A stretch of DNA of 28,233 bases, taken from the IMG/VR virus record IMGVR_UViG_3300046718_000308, positions 1 to 28,233 of that record, one strand, 5' to 3'. The DNA comes from a virus (taxonomy: Duplodnaviria; Caudoviricetes). Below are positions 1-7,660 of this stretch, one piece after another. The notes under the pieces were generated by a model. The model had not been told where the DNA came from. It did not search any database and was given only the letters and a program-made list of their open reading frames with translations. The translations under genes were made by a program, and so were the position numbers. The first letter of the stretch is position 1. The number at the start of each line of letters is the position of its first letter.

Positions 1-2
1 GC

Positions 3-197
3 CCGCATCGACCTCCCTGCCCCACGACGAACCCCGTGGCCTGCCATCAACGCACGCAGATTGAGGATGCGCTCGAGGCCCAGCACCTGACCCGGGCGGA
101 AGGGGAACGCCTTGCGCGCCTCTTCGGCACCGTGCTGACGCCGGCCTCGCGGGTCTATAAGGGCGAACCACGGACTTCAGCGCGGATGGACTGGTGA
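3..197 (+). CDS. Hypothetical protein, 5'-truncated by window edge
   Basis: Open frame from 3 (...QIEDALEAQHLTRAEGERLARLFG...MDW*); TGA 195-197 overlaps the GTG start of the next gene (GTGA). Confidence 0.55.
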   Translation, partial: PHRPPCPTTNPVACHQRTQIEDALEAQHLTRAEGERLARLFGTVLTPASRVYKGEPRTSARMDW

Positions 198-598
198 ACG
201 CGACCATGGCGTATAAGCACAAATACAATGCCGTGCCCACTGAGGTGGATGGGATCCGCTTTGCGAGCCGGAAAGAGGCCGCCCGCTATGGCGAACTCAA
301 GCTCTTATTGAAGGCCGGCCAGATCCGCGGGCTGATGCTGCAGCCGTCGTTCACCTTGAACGCGTGGCGACCTGACCATAGCGAATGCCCGAAGGTGGCC
401 GACTACCGGGCCGATTTTGAATATGAAGAACGGATCGTGGTCGGAGATCGCGAGTGCTATGCGCGGGCCACCCTGCCCGGCCGGCTCGTGCAATGGGTGC
501 GTGTGGTGGAAGATGTGAAGGGGATGAAAACCCCCCTCTATCGGCTCAAAAAGAAATTTGTCGAAGCGCAATACGGCATCGTGATTCGTGAGACGTAA
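194..598 (+). CDS. DUF1064-family phage protein (predicted PD-(D/E)xK nuclease-like)
   Basis: KYNAVPTEVDGIRFASRKEAARY, LQPSFTL, YRADFEY and VVEDVKGMKTPLYRLKKK match the DUF1064 pattern. Confidence 0.85.
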   Translation: MNATMAYKHKYNAVPTEVDGIRFASRKEAARYGELKLLLKAGQIRGLMLQPSFTLNAWRPDHSECPKVADYRADFEYEERIVVGDRECYARATLPGRLVQWVRVVEDVKGMKTPLYRLKKKFVEAQYGIVIRET

Positions 599-601
599 TC
601 C

Positions 602-715
602 ATGACTAAATGCGCACTCTGTCAGCAGACGGGCAAGATGGTCACGCACGGCCCAGACGGGGCGACCTATTTCTGTCTCCCGTGTCTGCGTGCGTGGTAT
701 CGGGGATTTCTGTGA
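602..715 (+). CDS. 37-aa CxxC...CxxC zinc-finger microprotein
   Basis: Not in the ORF track. MTKCALCQQTGKMVTHGPDGATYFCLPCLRAWYRGFL*; starts 3 nt after the previous stop and its TGA overlaps GTG 712. Confidence 0.6.
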   Translation: MTKCALCQQTGKMVTHGPDGATYFCLPCLRAWYRGFL

Positions 716-1713
716 GGCCACCATTGGCGATTGACCTCTTTTGCGGGTTGGGCGGATGGACGGAGGGCTTAATGGCGGAAGGCTACACCGTCGTGGGCTT
801 TGACAACGAGCGGCATCGCTATCCGAAAGTGATTCGCCGGGAGTCGTCCGTAAAGCTCCCCGGCAACAATGGCGGGGCGGGCGCCAAAACATGGTCAGAG
901 CGTCCAATTGCTCGACTCAACGACGCCAATGACGGCTTGGAAGTGTTGAACGAGTGGATGGAATATCCCGCGCAGCTCGTGCTCCAAGACGTGCTGACGC
1001 TCCACGGGCGGCAGTTTAAGAGTGCGGCCTTGATTGTCGCCAGCCCGCCATGTCAGGCGTATTCGTATCGGGCGATGCCGTGGAAACGGGCCAAAGCCTT
1101 GCCGCCACCGAGTAACGAGTTGTTTGATGCCTGCTTTCGGATTCAGCGGGAAGCCTGCGAGGCCGCGGGGCATCACATCCCGCTGGTCGTGGAGAACGTC
1201 TGCGGGGCGCAGAAGTGGGTCGGTCGTGCTCGGTGGCATTACGGGAGCTTCTATCTGTGGGGCGATGTGCCGGCGCTGATGCCGATCACGATGCGGGCCG
1301 TGAAAGTGGCTGGGCTGAACTGGTCGGGCTCTGACAAGCCGGGCTCTGTCGCCAAGGCCTTCAATAGCACTGCTGAGGAACGATTGAAGGCCACAAAGAA
1401 CGACGGCGGATCCTGGTTCAACGTCGCGCACAACACGACGAGCGGACACGGGCAGAACCCAGACGGGCGGAAAACCACGCGGCACTTAAACAAACGCGAC
1501 GGCCACGACTATACGCGCCATCTGACGAATCCAGCAGAGCATCGCAAAAACGGCGGTGACTGGTTTGGCTCAGGGTCAGATTGTTCGTTGCAACGGCGTC
1601 AGGCATCCAAGTCCTCCGCCCGCAAAGCCGCCTCCGCGCACATCGCCAAGATTCCGTATCAGTTGTCCAGATGGATTGCACGGGCTTGGAAGCCCTTGGA
1701 GCAGACCGCATGA
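712..1713 (+). CDS. C5-cytosine DNA methyltransferase-like protein, atypical
   Basis: Motif I IDLFCGLGG, catalytic motif IV ASPPCQAYS, motif VI VVENV, motif X-like KIPYQLSRWIA. Start moved from 610 to GTG 712, just before motif I and coupled to the upstream micro-ORF. Confidence 0.8.
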   Translation: MRPPLAIDLFCGLGGWTEGLMAEGYTVVGFDNERHRYPKVIRRESSVKLPGNNGGAGAKTWSERPIARLNDANDGLEVLNEWMEYPAQLVLQDVLTLHGRQFKSAALIVASPPCQAYSYRAMPWKRAKALPPPSNELFDACFRIQREACEAAGHHIPLVVENVCGAQKWVGRARWHYGSFYLWGDVPALMPITMRAVKVAGLNWSGSDKPGSVAKAFNSTAEERLKATKNDGGSWFNVAHNTTSGHGQNPDGRKTTRHLNKRDGHDYTRHLTNPAEHRKNGGDWFGSGSDCSLQRRQASKSSARKAASAHIAKIPYQLSRWIARAWKPLEQTA

Positions 1714-2090
1714 CCACCGAGGACCGCCGCACACGACGACTCCGAGAGCTACTGGAAGCTCTTGAAACGTGCAAACGCGATGGCATGCAGCCTGCCAAGG
1801 ACGCGAATAGTCCTGCTCTTTGGCGCGAACGCTACGAGGCATGTCGTTCTGCCGTGATCGAAGCGGCTTATGCGGCCGTGCTGGACACCGAGGGGGACCG
1901 ACAGGAGCCTGAAGCGCCGTATTGCGAGAAGCACGGCACGATGGTGGCACGCGATGAGAGCGGAAGTCATTGGTATTGCGCGGTTTGTGGTGCGGACACC
2001 GAGGGGGACCCGCCGACGCCCTGCGTTCCGGGTTCGCATCATCCCGATTGCCTTTGTTACCGTCGCCCTGATCCTCCGGTGCAGCCATGA
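1710..2090 (+). CDS. Hypothetical Cys/His-rich phage protein
   Basis: ATGA overlap with the MTase stop; CEKH...CAVC and C...HHPDCLC; ends PDPPVQP. Confidence 0.65.
   Translation: MTTEDRRTRRLRELLEALETCKRDGMQPAKDANSPALWRERYEACRSAVIEAAYAAVLDTEGDRQEPEAPYCEKHGTMVARDESGSHWYCAVCGADTEGDPPTPCVPGSHHPDCLCYRRPDPPVQP
1883..2010 (+). repeat. 17-bp direct repeat GGACACCGAGGGGGACC (1883-1899, 1994-2010)
   Basis: Exact in-frame copies (DTEGD) bracketing the CEKH...CAVC segment. Confidence 0.85.
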
Positions 2091-2296
2091 CGCGAGAAGA
2101 ATTTGAAGAAGGTTATGCTAATCGGTCTGGGTTGACCGTGGACGTCTTGCGGCAATTAGGTCGGATCGTGCGTCCGTGTCGATGTGGTGAGCCGACGTGT
2201 CCGCAGTGGCAGAGCGTCTCACGCACGTTTGCGGAAGAACAAGATCGAAATTGGCCAGAATGGGATGGCTACGAGGCCCAGGAGCCGAAGCCATGA
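2087..2296 (+). CDS. Hypothetical protein with CxC-x4-C motif
   Basis: ATGA-coupled at both ends; MTREEFEEGYANRSG...PCRCGEPTCPQWQ. Confidence 0.7.
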   Translation: MTREEFEEGYANRSGLTVDVLRQLGRIVRPCRCGEPTCPQWQSVSRTFAEEQDRNWPEWDGYEAQEPKP

Positions 2297-2739
2297 GCGA
2301 GCATCCGTGGATTAAGCGCGGTCCCTATTCAGGCTTGGAGCACACCGGCATGCCGATTCCCGATGACCCGATTGTCGGCCATAAGACGTTCCACGACGGG
2401 CACCATGAGCCACTACGCAAGGCGGAAGCCGACTCATTGCAGGCCGCTGTTGATGCTGGTAAGGCGCGGCGTGCTGAGCAGATGCCGGACGAGACGACGG
2501 CCATTCACGCGATGTGGGAGGCGTGGATGCGGCTGAAGGAACTTGGCTGGAACGAGGCGATCTATTGCCCGAAAGATGGCAGCGAGTTCAAGGCGATTGA
2601 AGCCGGGAGCACGGGTATTCATCGCTGCCGCTACGATGGCGACTGGCCGACCGGACACTGGTGGATTATCGGCGATGACGATCTGTATCCATCACGGCCC
2701 GTCTTGTTTCGGCTCCCTGATCCTCCGGTGCAGCCATGA
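2293..2739 (+). CDS. Hypothetical phage protein
   Basis: ATG 2293 overlaps the upstream stop, GGAG upstream; RLKELGWNEAIYCPKDGSEF resembles W...PKDG motifs of phage accessory proteins. Confidence 0.7.
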   Translation: MSEHPWIKRGPYSGLEHTGMPIPDDPIVGHKTFHDGHHEPLRKAEADSLQAAVDAGKARRAEQMPDETTAIHAMWEAWMRLKELGWNEAIYCPKDGSEFKAIEAGSTGIHRCRYDGDWPTGHWWIIGDDDLYPSRPVLFRLPDPPVQP

Positions 2740-2839
2740 GGAGACAGACGGACGAAGAGAAGACGTTGGCGCGCGTAGACCGTTCTGCCTACGCTCGAAG
2801 GACAGGATCTACCGCGTAAATCGCAAAGGGGTGCGTTCC

Positions 2840-2953
2840 ATGACGTTTGGTTGTAACGGTTGCTCACGGTATATCGAGGCCCCCATTCGGCCGAAGCGAT
2901 GTCCACACTGTGGTTCGACGCGCGTGGTGAATCCGCCGAAGAATCTTGACTGA
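2840..2953 (+). CDS. 37-aa zinc-ribbon microprotein
   Basis: MTFGCNGCSRYIEAPIRPKRCPHCGSTRVVNPPKNLD*; SD-like AAGGGG upstream; overlaps the next start. Confidence 0.55.
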   Translation: MTFGCNGCSRYIEAPIRPKRCPHCGSTRVVNPPKNLD

Positions 2954-3476
2954 TCCGGTCTGGTGGCTGACGAAGGATGGAGACGCCGCGTGTTTATCGC
3001 TCTACGAGGAGCATTACAGTCGCCGTGCCTATGCGGATGGGCGTGTGGTCAAACTGTTCTGCGGCCCCGGCGAGAAGGTGGTGCTACGAACGCTCGATGC
3101 TGCGGCGGTCTTCGTCTGGCGATTGTTCAAGGACGACTGCATTGACGCGCGCACGGGTCTACGACAAGTCGGCGTCAACTGCGCCGTCTTCCGAAACGAG
3201 AGCGAGCACCGGAGTTCCGAGCTCGTTCGTCAGGCGGATGCGATTGCTGATTGCGTCTGGCCTGATCGCCGGCATTACACCTACGTCAATGCGTCGAAAG
3301 TCCGGTCAAGGAATCCTGGCTACTGTTTTCTCGTTGCGGGATGGCGACGATGCGGCGTGACCAAATCCGGGTTGCTGGTGTTGGAACGCACCACAGGCGG
3401 GGACTGCGCGGTAGATCCTGTCGATGGAACGCCGCACTCACCGTCTACGCGCGATGACGGATCTTCTTCTTCGTGA
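2946..3476 (+). CDS. Mom-like GNAT-fold protein, putative DNA-modification enzyme
   Basis: N-terminal HYS, central CAVFRNE...SSELV, then YTYVN...NPGYCFLVAGW..G.TK, the layout of Mu Mom-like proteins (HY; TYxD; GxxYxAxxW). Confidence 0.6.
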   Translation: MTDPVWWLTKDGDAACLSLYEEHYSRRAYADGRVVKLFCGPGEKVVLRTLDAAAVFVWRLFKDDCIDARTGLRQVGVNCAVFRNESEHRSSELVRQADAIADCVWPDRRHYTYVNASKVRSRNPGYCFLVAGWRRCGVTKSGLLVLERTTGGDCAVDPVDGTPHSPSTRDDGSSSS

Positions 3477-3483
3477 GGTCTTT

Positions 3484-3834
3484 ATGAGCGCGGACGGACT
3501 CCGGGTAGGACTGGAACGGCAGATCGCAAAATGGCGACAGACGGCAATCGAGGAACGGGCGCGGGCGGAGGCGCTGCGATCTCCGAAGATTGATTTTCAA
3601 TATCCACAAGGCGCCCTGGTGCTCTCGCGTGCCTATTGCCTTGAGCAGTTGGCGAGCGAACTGGCCGCGCTCCTGCACGCGCACCCGCCCGCCGCCCCTC
3701 CATGCCCCTTGTGTCCCGTGGAGTTGAGCGAGGTGCCCCAGATTTGCGAACGTTGCGCTAAGCAGCTCGCGTCCGCCCTGCTCCCTCCCGAGGACGGCGA
3801 GAACCGTCACCCCTCCGGTGGTGAGACATGCTAA
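3484..3834 (+). CDS. Hypothetical protein with C-terminal CxxC...CxxC
   Basis: SD GAGGT before ATG 3484; helical N-terminus, CPLC...CERC. Confidence 0.6.
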   Translation: MSADGLRVGLERQIAKWRQTAIEERARAEALRSPKIDFQYPQGALVLSRAYCLEQLASELAALLHAHPPAAPPCPLCPVELSEVPQICERCAKQLASALLPPEDGENRHPSGGETC

Positions 3835-3837
3835 ACT
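3829..3837 (+). promoter_or_regulatory. Putative extended -10 promoter (TGcTAAACT)
   Basis: TGn-TANNNT ending 8 nt before ATG 3846, no SD; near-identical motif at 13756. Confidence 0.45.
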
Positions 3838-3845
3838 CGGCCGCA

Positions 3846-4280
3846 ATGAAATATGTTGTTGTGATCGGGGTCCTCCTGTGCGCCTCGAGTGCCCTGGCCC
3901 AGACGCCCGAAGCCATCGTGTCGCGCGATGTGGCCGTCTTCGCCGCTGGCGTGTCGCCCAACACCGGCACCCCCGTGGCGCCCCTGACCAACGTCCTGGC
4001 GAGTGCGACCACCTGCGGCTTGGCCCGCCTGGCCCCGCTTTCGCCGGCCGTCAATCCCCTCGATATTCGCCTCGATGATCCCGCCGACGGCACGAAACAA
4101 TGTCAAATTCCGAGAACCTCGAGCACGGTCATCTTTGCCGCGGTCCCCTTGGGCACAGGGTTTACCGTGGCTATTCGGAACCATGGTGCCACGACGGTGA
4201 CGGCCTGGAGTGCGACGTCGGGCCCTTTCGATCATGTCGCCCTAAGCCCGGCCGTCCCCACCGGTGTGCAGGTTAACTAG
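3846..4280 (+). CDS. Secreted beta-rich (Fn3-like) protein with signal peptide
   Basis: MKYVVVIGVLLCASSALA-QTP is a typical Sec/SPI signal; two Cys in the mature part; C-terminal VAIRNHG...WSA...PAVPTGVQVN is Fn3-like. Confidence 0.7.
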   Translation: MKYVVVIGVLLCASSALAQTPEAIVSRDVAVFAAGVSPNTGTPVAPLTNVLASATTCGLARLAPLSPAVNPLDIRLDDPADGTKQCQIPRTSSTVIFAAVPLGTGFTVAIRNHGATTVTAWSATSGPFDHVALSPAVPTGVQVN

Positions 4281-4316
4281 CACGTAGGCTCTGACAACGG
4301 CATCACGCCGGGAAGG

Positions 4317-4532
4317 ATGCAGATGGACCATTGGGACCATATCGCTGAGATCATCGCCTCGGCTGACGCCCTCGAGCGCGAGAAGGATGGACAACCCCTC
4401 ACGCCCGCGGACGTGACCACGCTCAAGGCTGGCATGTTGTTCAGGCGCCTCCTCGCCGCGTCTTCCCCTCCCAGCGGGATGCACGCCGCATGCCCGTGTG
4501 AAGCGTGTCAGTTACGCCGTCTGCGCGTCTGA
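4317..4532 (+). CDS. Hypothetical protein
   Basis: Fills the gap before TerS; C-terminal HAACPCEAC. Confidence 0.55.
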   Translation: MQMDHWDHIAEIIASADALEREKDGQPLTPADVTTLKAGMLFRRLLAASSPPSGMHAACPCEACQLRRLRV

Positions 4533-4561
4533 GTCAAGAAGGACTGTGGTAAAAAAGCCAC

Positions 4562-4972
4562 ATGAAATCATTGAAATCACCCCCAAAGCCACGCGGTGGG
4601 GCTCGCCCAGGCGCGGGCAAGCCGAAAGGCGTGCGGTGGCCCTCCACCCTCGCCAAAGAAGCCGCCCGCGAACTGGTCCGCAAGGCCATTACCGAACATC
4701 TGCCCGAGCTCATTGCCTCGCAAGTGGCCAATGCCAAAGGCTTGCAATATCTGGTGTATCGGGACAAGAAGAGCGGCAAGTTTGAACGGGTCACCGCCCT
4801 CGAGGCCGTGAATCAGGACGAAGACACGATCGAAGTCTGGGAGAAAGACCCGAGCGTCCAAGCGTTTACGGACCTCTTGAACCGCGCCCTCGACAAGCCC
4901 AAAGAAACACACGATGTCACACTCTCGGTGAGCCTCGAGGACCTGGTGGTGGGCAGCAAACCGAAGGACTAA
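4562..4972 (+). CDS. terS: Probable terminase small subunit
   Basis: N-terminal RGGARPGAGKPKG motif, C-terminal LLNRALDKPKE, upstream of TerL. Confidence 0.7.
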   Translation: MKSLKSPPKPRGGARPGAGKPKGVRWPSTLAKEAARELVRKAITEHLPELIASQVANAKGLQYLVYRDKKSGKFERVTALEAVNQDEDTIEVWEKDPSVQAFTDLLNRALDKPKETHDVTLSVSLEDLVVGSKPKD

Positions 4973-5163
4973 GCCGATGGATCGCAAAGATTTCCCACCA
5001 TTGCCGAACTTCCATGACACCTATCGCAAATATCGTGAGTGGATGGCGACCTGTGGGCCAATGGCGGACTGGAAGGAAGAGGGGTGGTGGTGGGATGGGC
5101 CCGATCGGCCTGTGATCCCTGAGAACCCTGGAGTGGGTAGCAAACCGAAGGATTAGCCCATGG
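4949..5163 (+). repeat. Imperfect ~31-bp direct repeat duplicating the terS 3' end (4949-4980, 5133-5163)
   Basis: GTGGGCAGCAAACCGAAGGACTAAGCCGATGG vs GTGGGTAGCAAACCGAAGGATTAGCCCATGG; both encode VGSKPKD* followed by an ATG. Confidence 0.85.
4977..5156 (+). CDS. 59-aa Trp-rich hypothetical protein
   Basis: Not in the ORF track. MDRKDFPPLPNFHDTYRKYREWMATCGPMADWKEEGWWWDGPDRPVIPENPGVGSKPKD*; fills the gap almost exactly. Confidence 0.65.
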   Translation: MDRKDFPPLPNFHDTYRKYREWMATCGPMADWKEEGWWWDGPDRPVIPENPGVGSKPKD

Positions 5164-5402
5164 TTGATATCAACGAATTGCTCAATATAAATGCGGATCA
5201 TCCACCGGCGAGTATCGCGGACTTACGCGAGGCGGTGATGGCGCTCGACGCCTATCGGGAGGAGCATGCGGTCGCCCTTCGGCGCCGGGAGGCCTGGGCC
5301 GAGAACCATGAAGAGTCGCTCGTGTATGGGCTGGTGGACCTCGCCCGCGCGGTCGTGCATGGCCAGCCCTTCCCTCATCCCAGTCCTTACCTCATGCAGT
5401 GA
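5160..5402 (+). CDS. Hypothetical protein
   Basis: 80 aa, helical, tightly packed in the operon. Confidence 0.65.
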   Translation: MVDINELLNINADHPPASIADLREAVMALDAYREEHAVALRRREAWAENHEESLVYGLVDLARAVVHGQPFPHPSPYLMQ

Positions 5403-5417
5403 CTGAGGGCCCAACAA

Positions 5418-5624
5418 ATGAGTGAAATCGTCGCAGATTGGGAATCGCATGTTATCGGTGAACGTGAACTCGTGAGTTGGGATCGACCGGATGGACAGAC
5501 TTATCACAATGTGCCGATTGTCTATTTGCGCGAAGTGACGCAAGCGGAATACCTTGCGACGAAGCCACACTGTCCGCCCTCTCGTATTGTCGGCGCCAGG
5601 TTTTGGGAAGTGAGTGTTGACTGA
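5418..5624 (+). CDS. Hypothetical protein
   Basis: 68 aa ending FWEVSVD; overlaps the TerL start. Confidence 0.65.
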   Translation: MSEIVADWESHVIGERELVSWDRPDGQTYHNVPIVYLREVTQAEYLATKPHCPPSRIVGARFWEVSVD

Positions 5625-7044
5625 GGCCCAAGCCCGCATCAAACGCTGGCGCGATGACCCTGTCAGTTTTGTCAGGGACCAATTCGGCGTGGACCCCGAC
5701 GCCTGGCAAGCCGATGCTTTGCGCGTGTTTGCCGTCCCCGACCTGCAGCGCATCAGCCTCCAAGCCTGCGCCGGCCCCGGCAAAACGGCCCTCCTCGCCT
5801 GGTGTATCTGGAACTTTCTCACCTGCTACGCTGACCGGGGCGAACACCCCAAAGGCGCCGCGGTATCCATTACCGGCGACAACCTCGATAACAACCTCTG
5901 GCCCGAGCTCTCCAAGTGGCAAACCCGTAGTCCGTTTCTCAGTGCGGCGTTTACGTGGACGAAGACCCGCGTGTTTGCGAATGACCACCCGGAAACGTGG
6001 TTCTTCGCCGCCCGTAGTTGGCCCAAGAGTGCCACCCCCGAGGAGCAGGGTAAGACGCTGTCCGGCCTGCATAGCAAATACGTGCTCTCGGTCATTGACG
6101 AATCGGGCGCGATTCCGGCCACCGTGTTACGCGCCGCCGAACAGGCCCTGAGTAACTGCCTGTTTGGGAAGATTCTGCAAGCCGGCAACCCGGTCAGCCT
6201 CGAGGGCATGCTTTACGCCGCGGCTACGGTCCTGGCGCATCAGTGGCACATCATCAAGGTCACGGGCGACCCCGATGATCCGATGCGCAGTCCGCGGATC
6301 GATAAGGCGTGGGCGCAGCACCAGATTGACACCTACGGCAGGGAAAACCCGTGGGTCATGTCCTACATCCTGGGCCGGTTCCCGCCCTCGAGCCTGAACG
6401 CCTTGCTCGGCACCGAGGAGATCCAAGCTGCGATGGCCCAGAACTACCCGAAGGACGTCTACGAATGGGCGCAAGCCCGGCTCGGCGTGGACGTGGCGCG
6501 GTATGGTGACGACCGCACGGTGATCTTCCCTCGCCAAGGCAAACGGGCGTTTGCGCCGAGCGTCATGCGTCATGCGCGGGATAGTGCGGCCTCCACAGAC
6601 ATCGCCACAAAGGTGCTCAGCGTGCGTCAGGGCTTCCCAGGCGCCCCGATCGTGATGGATGCCACCGGAGGCTGGGCCGCGGGCGCGAGTGACGTCCTGC
6701 GGGCGATGGAGCGGTCCCAAGCGCCTATCAACGTGCAATTCCACGCCGCGGGCCTCGATGTGCGGTATAAGAACCGGCGGGCCGAGATGTGGTTCGCGAT
6801 GGCGGAATGGGTGAAGCAAGGCGGGCAACTGCCGAACATCCCCGAACTCATCTCGGAGCTCTCGAGCCCGACGTATACCTACGTGGGCGGCAAGTTCCAG
6901 CTCGAGCCGAAAGAACAGGTCAAGGAACGGATTGGGCGGTCGCCGGACTTGGCGGATGCGTTAGCCTTGACGTTTGGGGTGCCGGAAGTGGCGCCACGGA
7001 GACCGGCGCCGCCGCCGTATCGACCAACCGGCGTGTGGGGGTGA
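5614..7044 (+). CDS. terL: Terminase large subunit
   Basis: Walker A ACAGPGKT, Walker B VIDESG, coupling motif AGNP, RNase H-like nuclease LGVDVARYGDDRTV and SPDLADALALT. Start GTG 5614 or TTG 5617. Confidence 0.95.
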   Translation: MLTEAQARIKRWRDDPVSFVRDQFGVDPDAWQADALRVFAVPDLQRISLQACAGPGKTALLAWCIWNFLTCYADRGEHPKGAAVSITGDNLDNNLWPELSKWQTRSPFLSAAFTWTKTRVFANDHPETWFFAARSWPKSATPEEQGKTLSGLHSKYVLSVIDESGAIPATVLRAAEQALSNCLFGKILQAGNPVSLEGMLYAAATVLAHQWHIIKVTGDPDDPMRSPRIDKAWAQHQIDTYGRENPWVMSYILGRFPPSSLNALLGTEEIQAAMAQNYPKDVYEWAQARLGVDVARYGDDRTVIFPRQGKRAFAPSVMRHARDSAASTDIATKVLSVRQGFPGAPIVMDATGGWAAGASDVLRAMERSQAPINVQFHAAGLDVRYKNRRAEMWFAMAEWVKQGGQLPNIPELISELSSPTYTYVGGKFQLEPKEQVKERIGRSPDLADALALTFGVPEVAPRRPAPPPYRPTGVWG

Positions 7045-7388
7045 TGATGTCTGATCTGACGGACTTCTTCGATGACATGCAGAACCGTTTCTATGCGGAT
7101 GAGGATTTCCTGGCCTTACAGCGGTTAGATAATGCGCGGGCGTGTCTTGAACGCCTTCAAGCGCAGGGTAACACGATGACGCGTGATGAACTGCGGGCGA
7201 TTGTGGCGTTGTGGAACTTGGCGCACCCCTCCGAGCCGTATCGGATCGAGGTCTCGGAGGATGGCTTGACGGAGCGGCTGATTCGACACGATGGGACGGT
7301 GGCGGTGACAGCCCACCTGGATCCGCGTCACATTACGGATTTCGGGAGCCGCTGGCCGGCGATGAGCGTGAAGATCCTGAATAGCTAA
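7044..7388 (+). CDS. Hypothetical protein
   Basis: TGATG overlap with the terL stop; MMSDLTDFFDDMQNRF... Confidence 0.6.
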   Translation: MMSDLTDFFDDMQNRFYADEDFLALQRLDNARACLERLQAQGNTMTRDELRAIVALWNLAHPSEPYRIEVSEDGLTERLIRHDGTVAVTAHLDPRHITDFGSRWPAMSVKILNS

Positions 7389-7400
7389 GAAGGGGACGCC

Positions 7401-7637
7401 ATGTATGACCAGGACGAGGATCTGCTCGATGACGTGGTGCCCGCGCTGGTGCATCGCATCCACGAACTCGAGGCCCTCATCGATCGGCTGGAGACGCAGG
7501 AGCGCATCAATCGCGAGGCCATCATTGCCATCGTGAAGGCCCAACAGGGCGTGGTGGAGTGCCCGCATTGCCGGGAACGGTTCCCCGCCTTTCTGTTTCG
7601 CGACGTGCCGAAAGACGGCAGCCAGACAGTGCAGTAG
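7401..7637 (+). CDS. Small coiled-coil protein with a CxxC motif
   Basis: SD AAGGGG; LVHRIHELEALIDRLE heptads; ECPHCRERF. Confidence 0.65.
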   Translation: MYDQDEDLLDDVVPALVHRIHELEALIDRLETQERINREAIIAIVKAQQGVVECPHCRERFPAFLFRDVPKDGSQTVQ

Positions 7638-7660
7638 GCGTATACTAGCGCCGACCACGC

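Larger units (their letters stand above)
2066..2739 (+). repeat. 25-bp direct repeat CCCTGATCCTCCGGTGCAGCCATGA at gene ends (2066-2090, 2715-2739)
   Basis: Exact copies; each encodes PDPPVQP* plus the overlapping ATG of the next gene. Confidence 0.9.

Noticed and set aside
610-711. Upstream starts in the ORF track (610; likewise 1581, 2197, 3424, 6789, 7788, 14190, 17607, 18296)
   Set aside because: They overlap better-supported genes or lack an SD; downstream starts show stop-start coupling or SD sequences.
1883-2739. Short direct repeats as a CRISPR array or att sites
   Set aside because: Only two copies each, irregular spacing, inside coding sequence; no cas or integrase gene in the window.
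2736-2819. 27-aa ORF starting at the repeat-embedded ATG
   Set aside because: Too short and featureless to support, although the coupling is plausible.
2840-2953. Zinc ribbon as an RNA polymerase Rpo12/Rpb12 or rubredoxin homologue
   Set aside because: Similarity is only the generic CxxC-x12-CxxCG pattern.
3846-4532. Lysis cassette upstream of terminase
   Set aside because: No endolysin motif, multi-pass holin or lipobox spanin recognisable.
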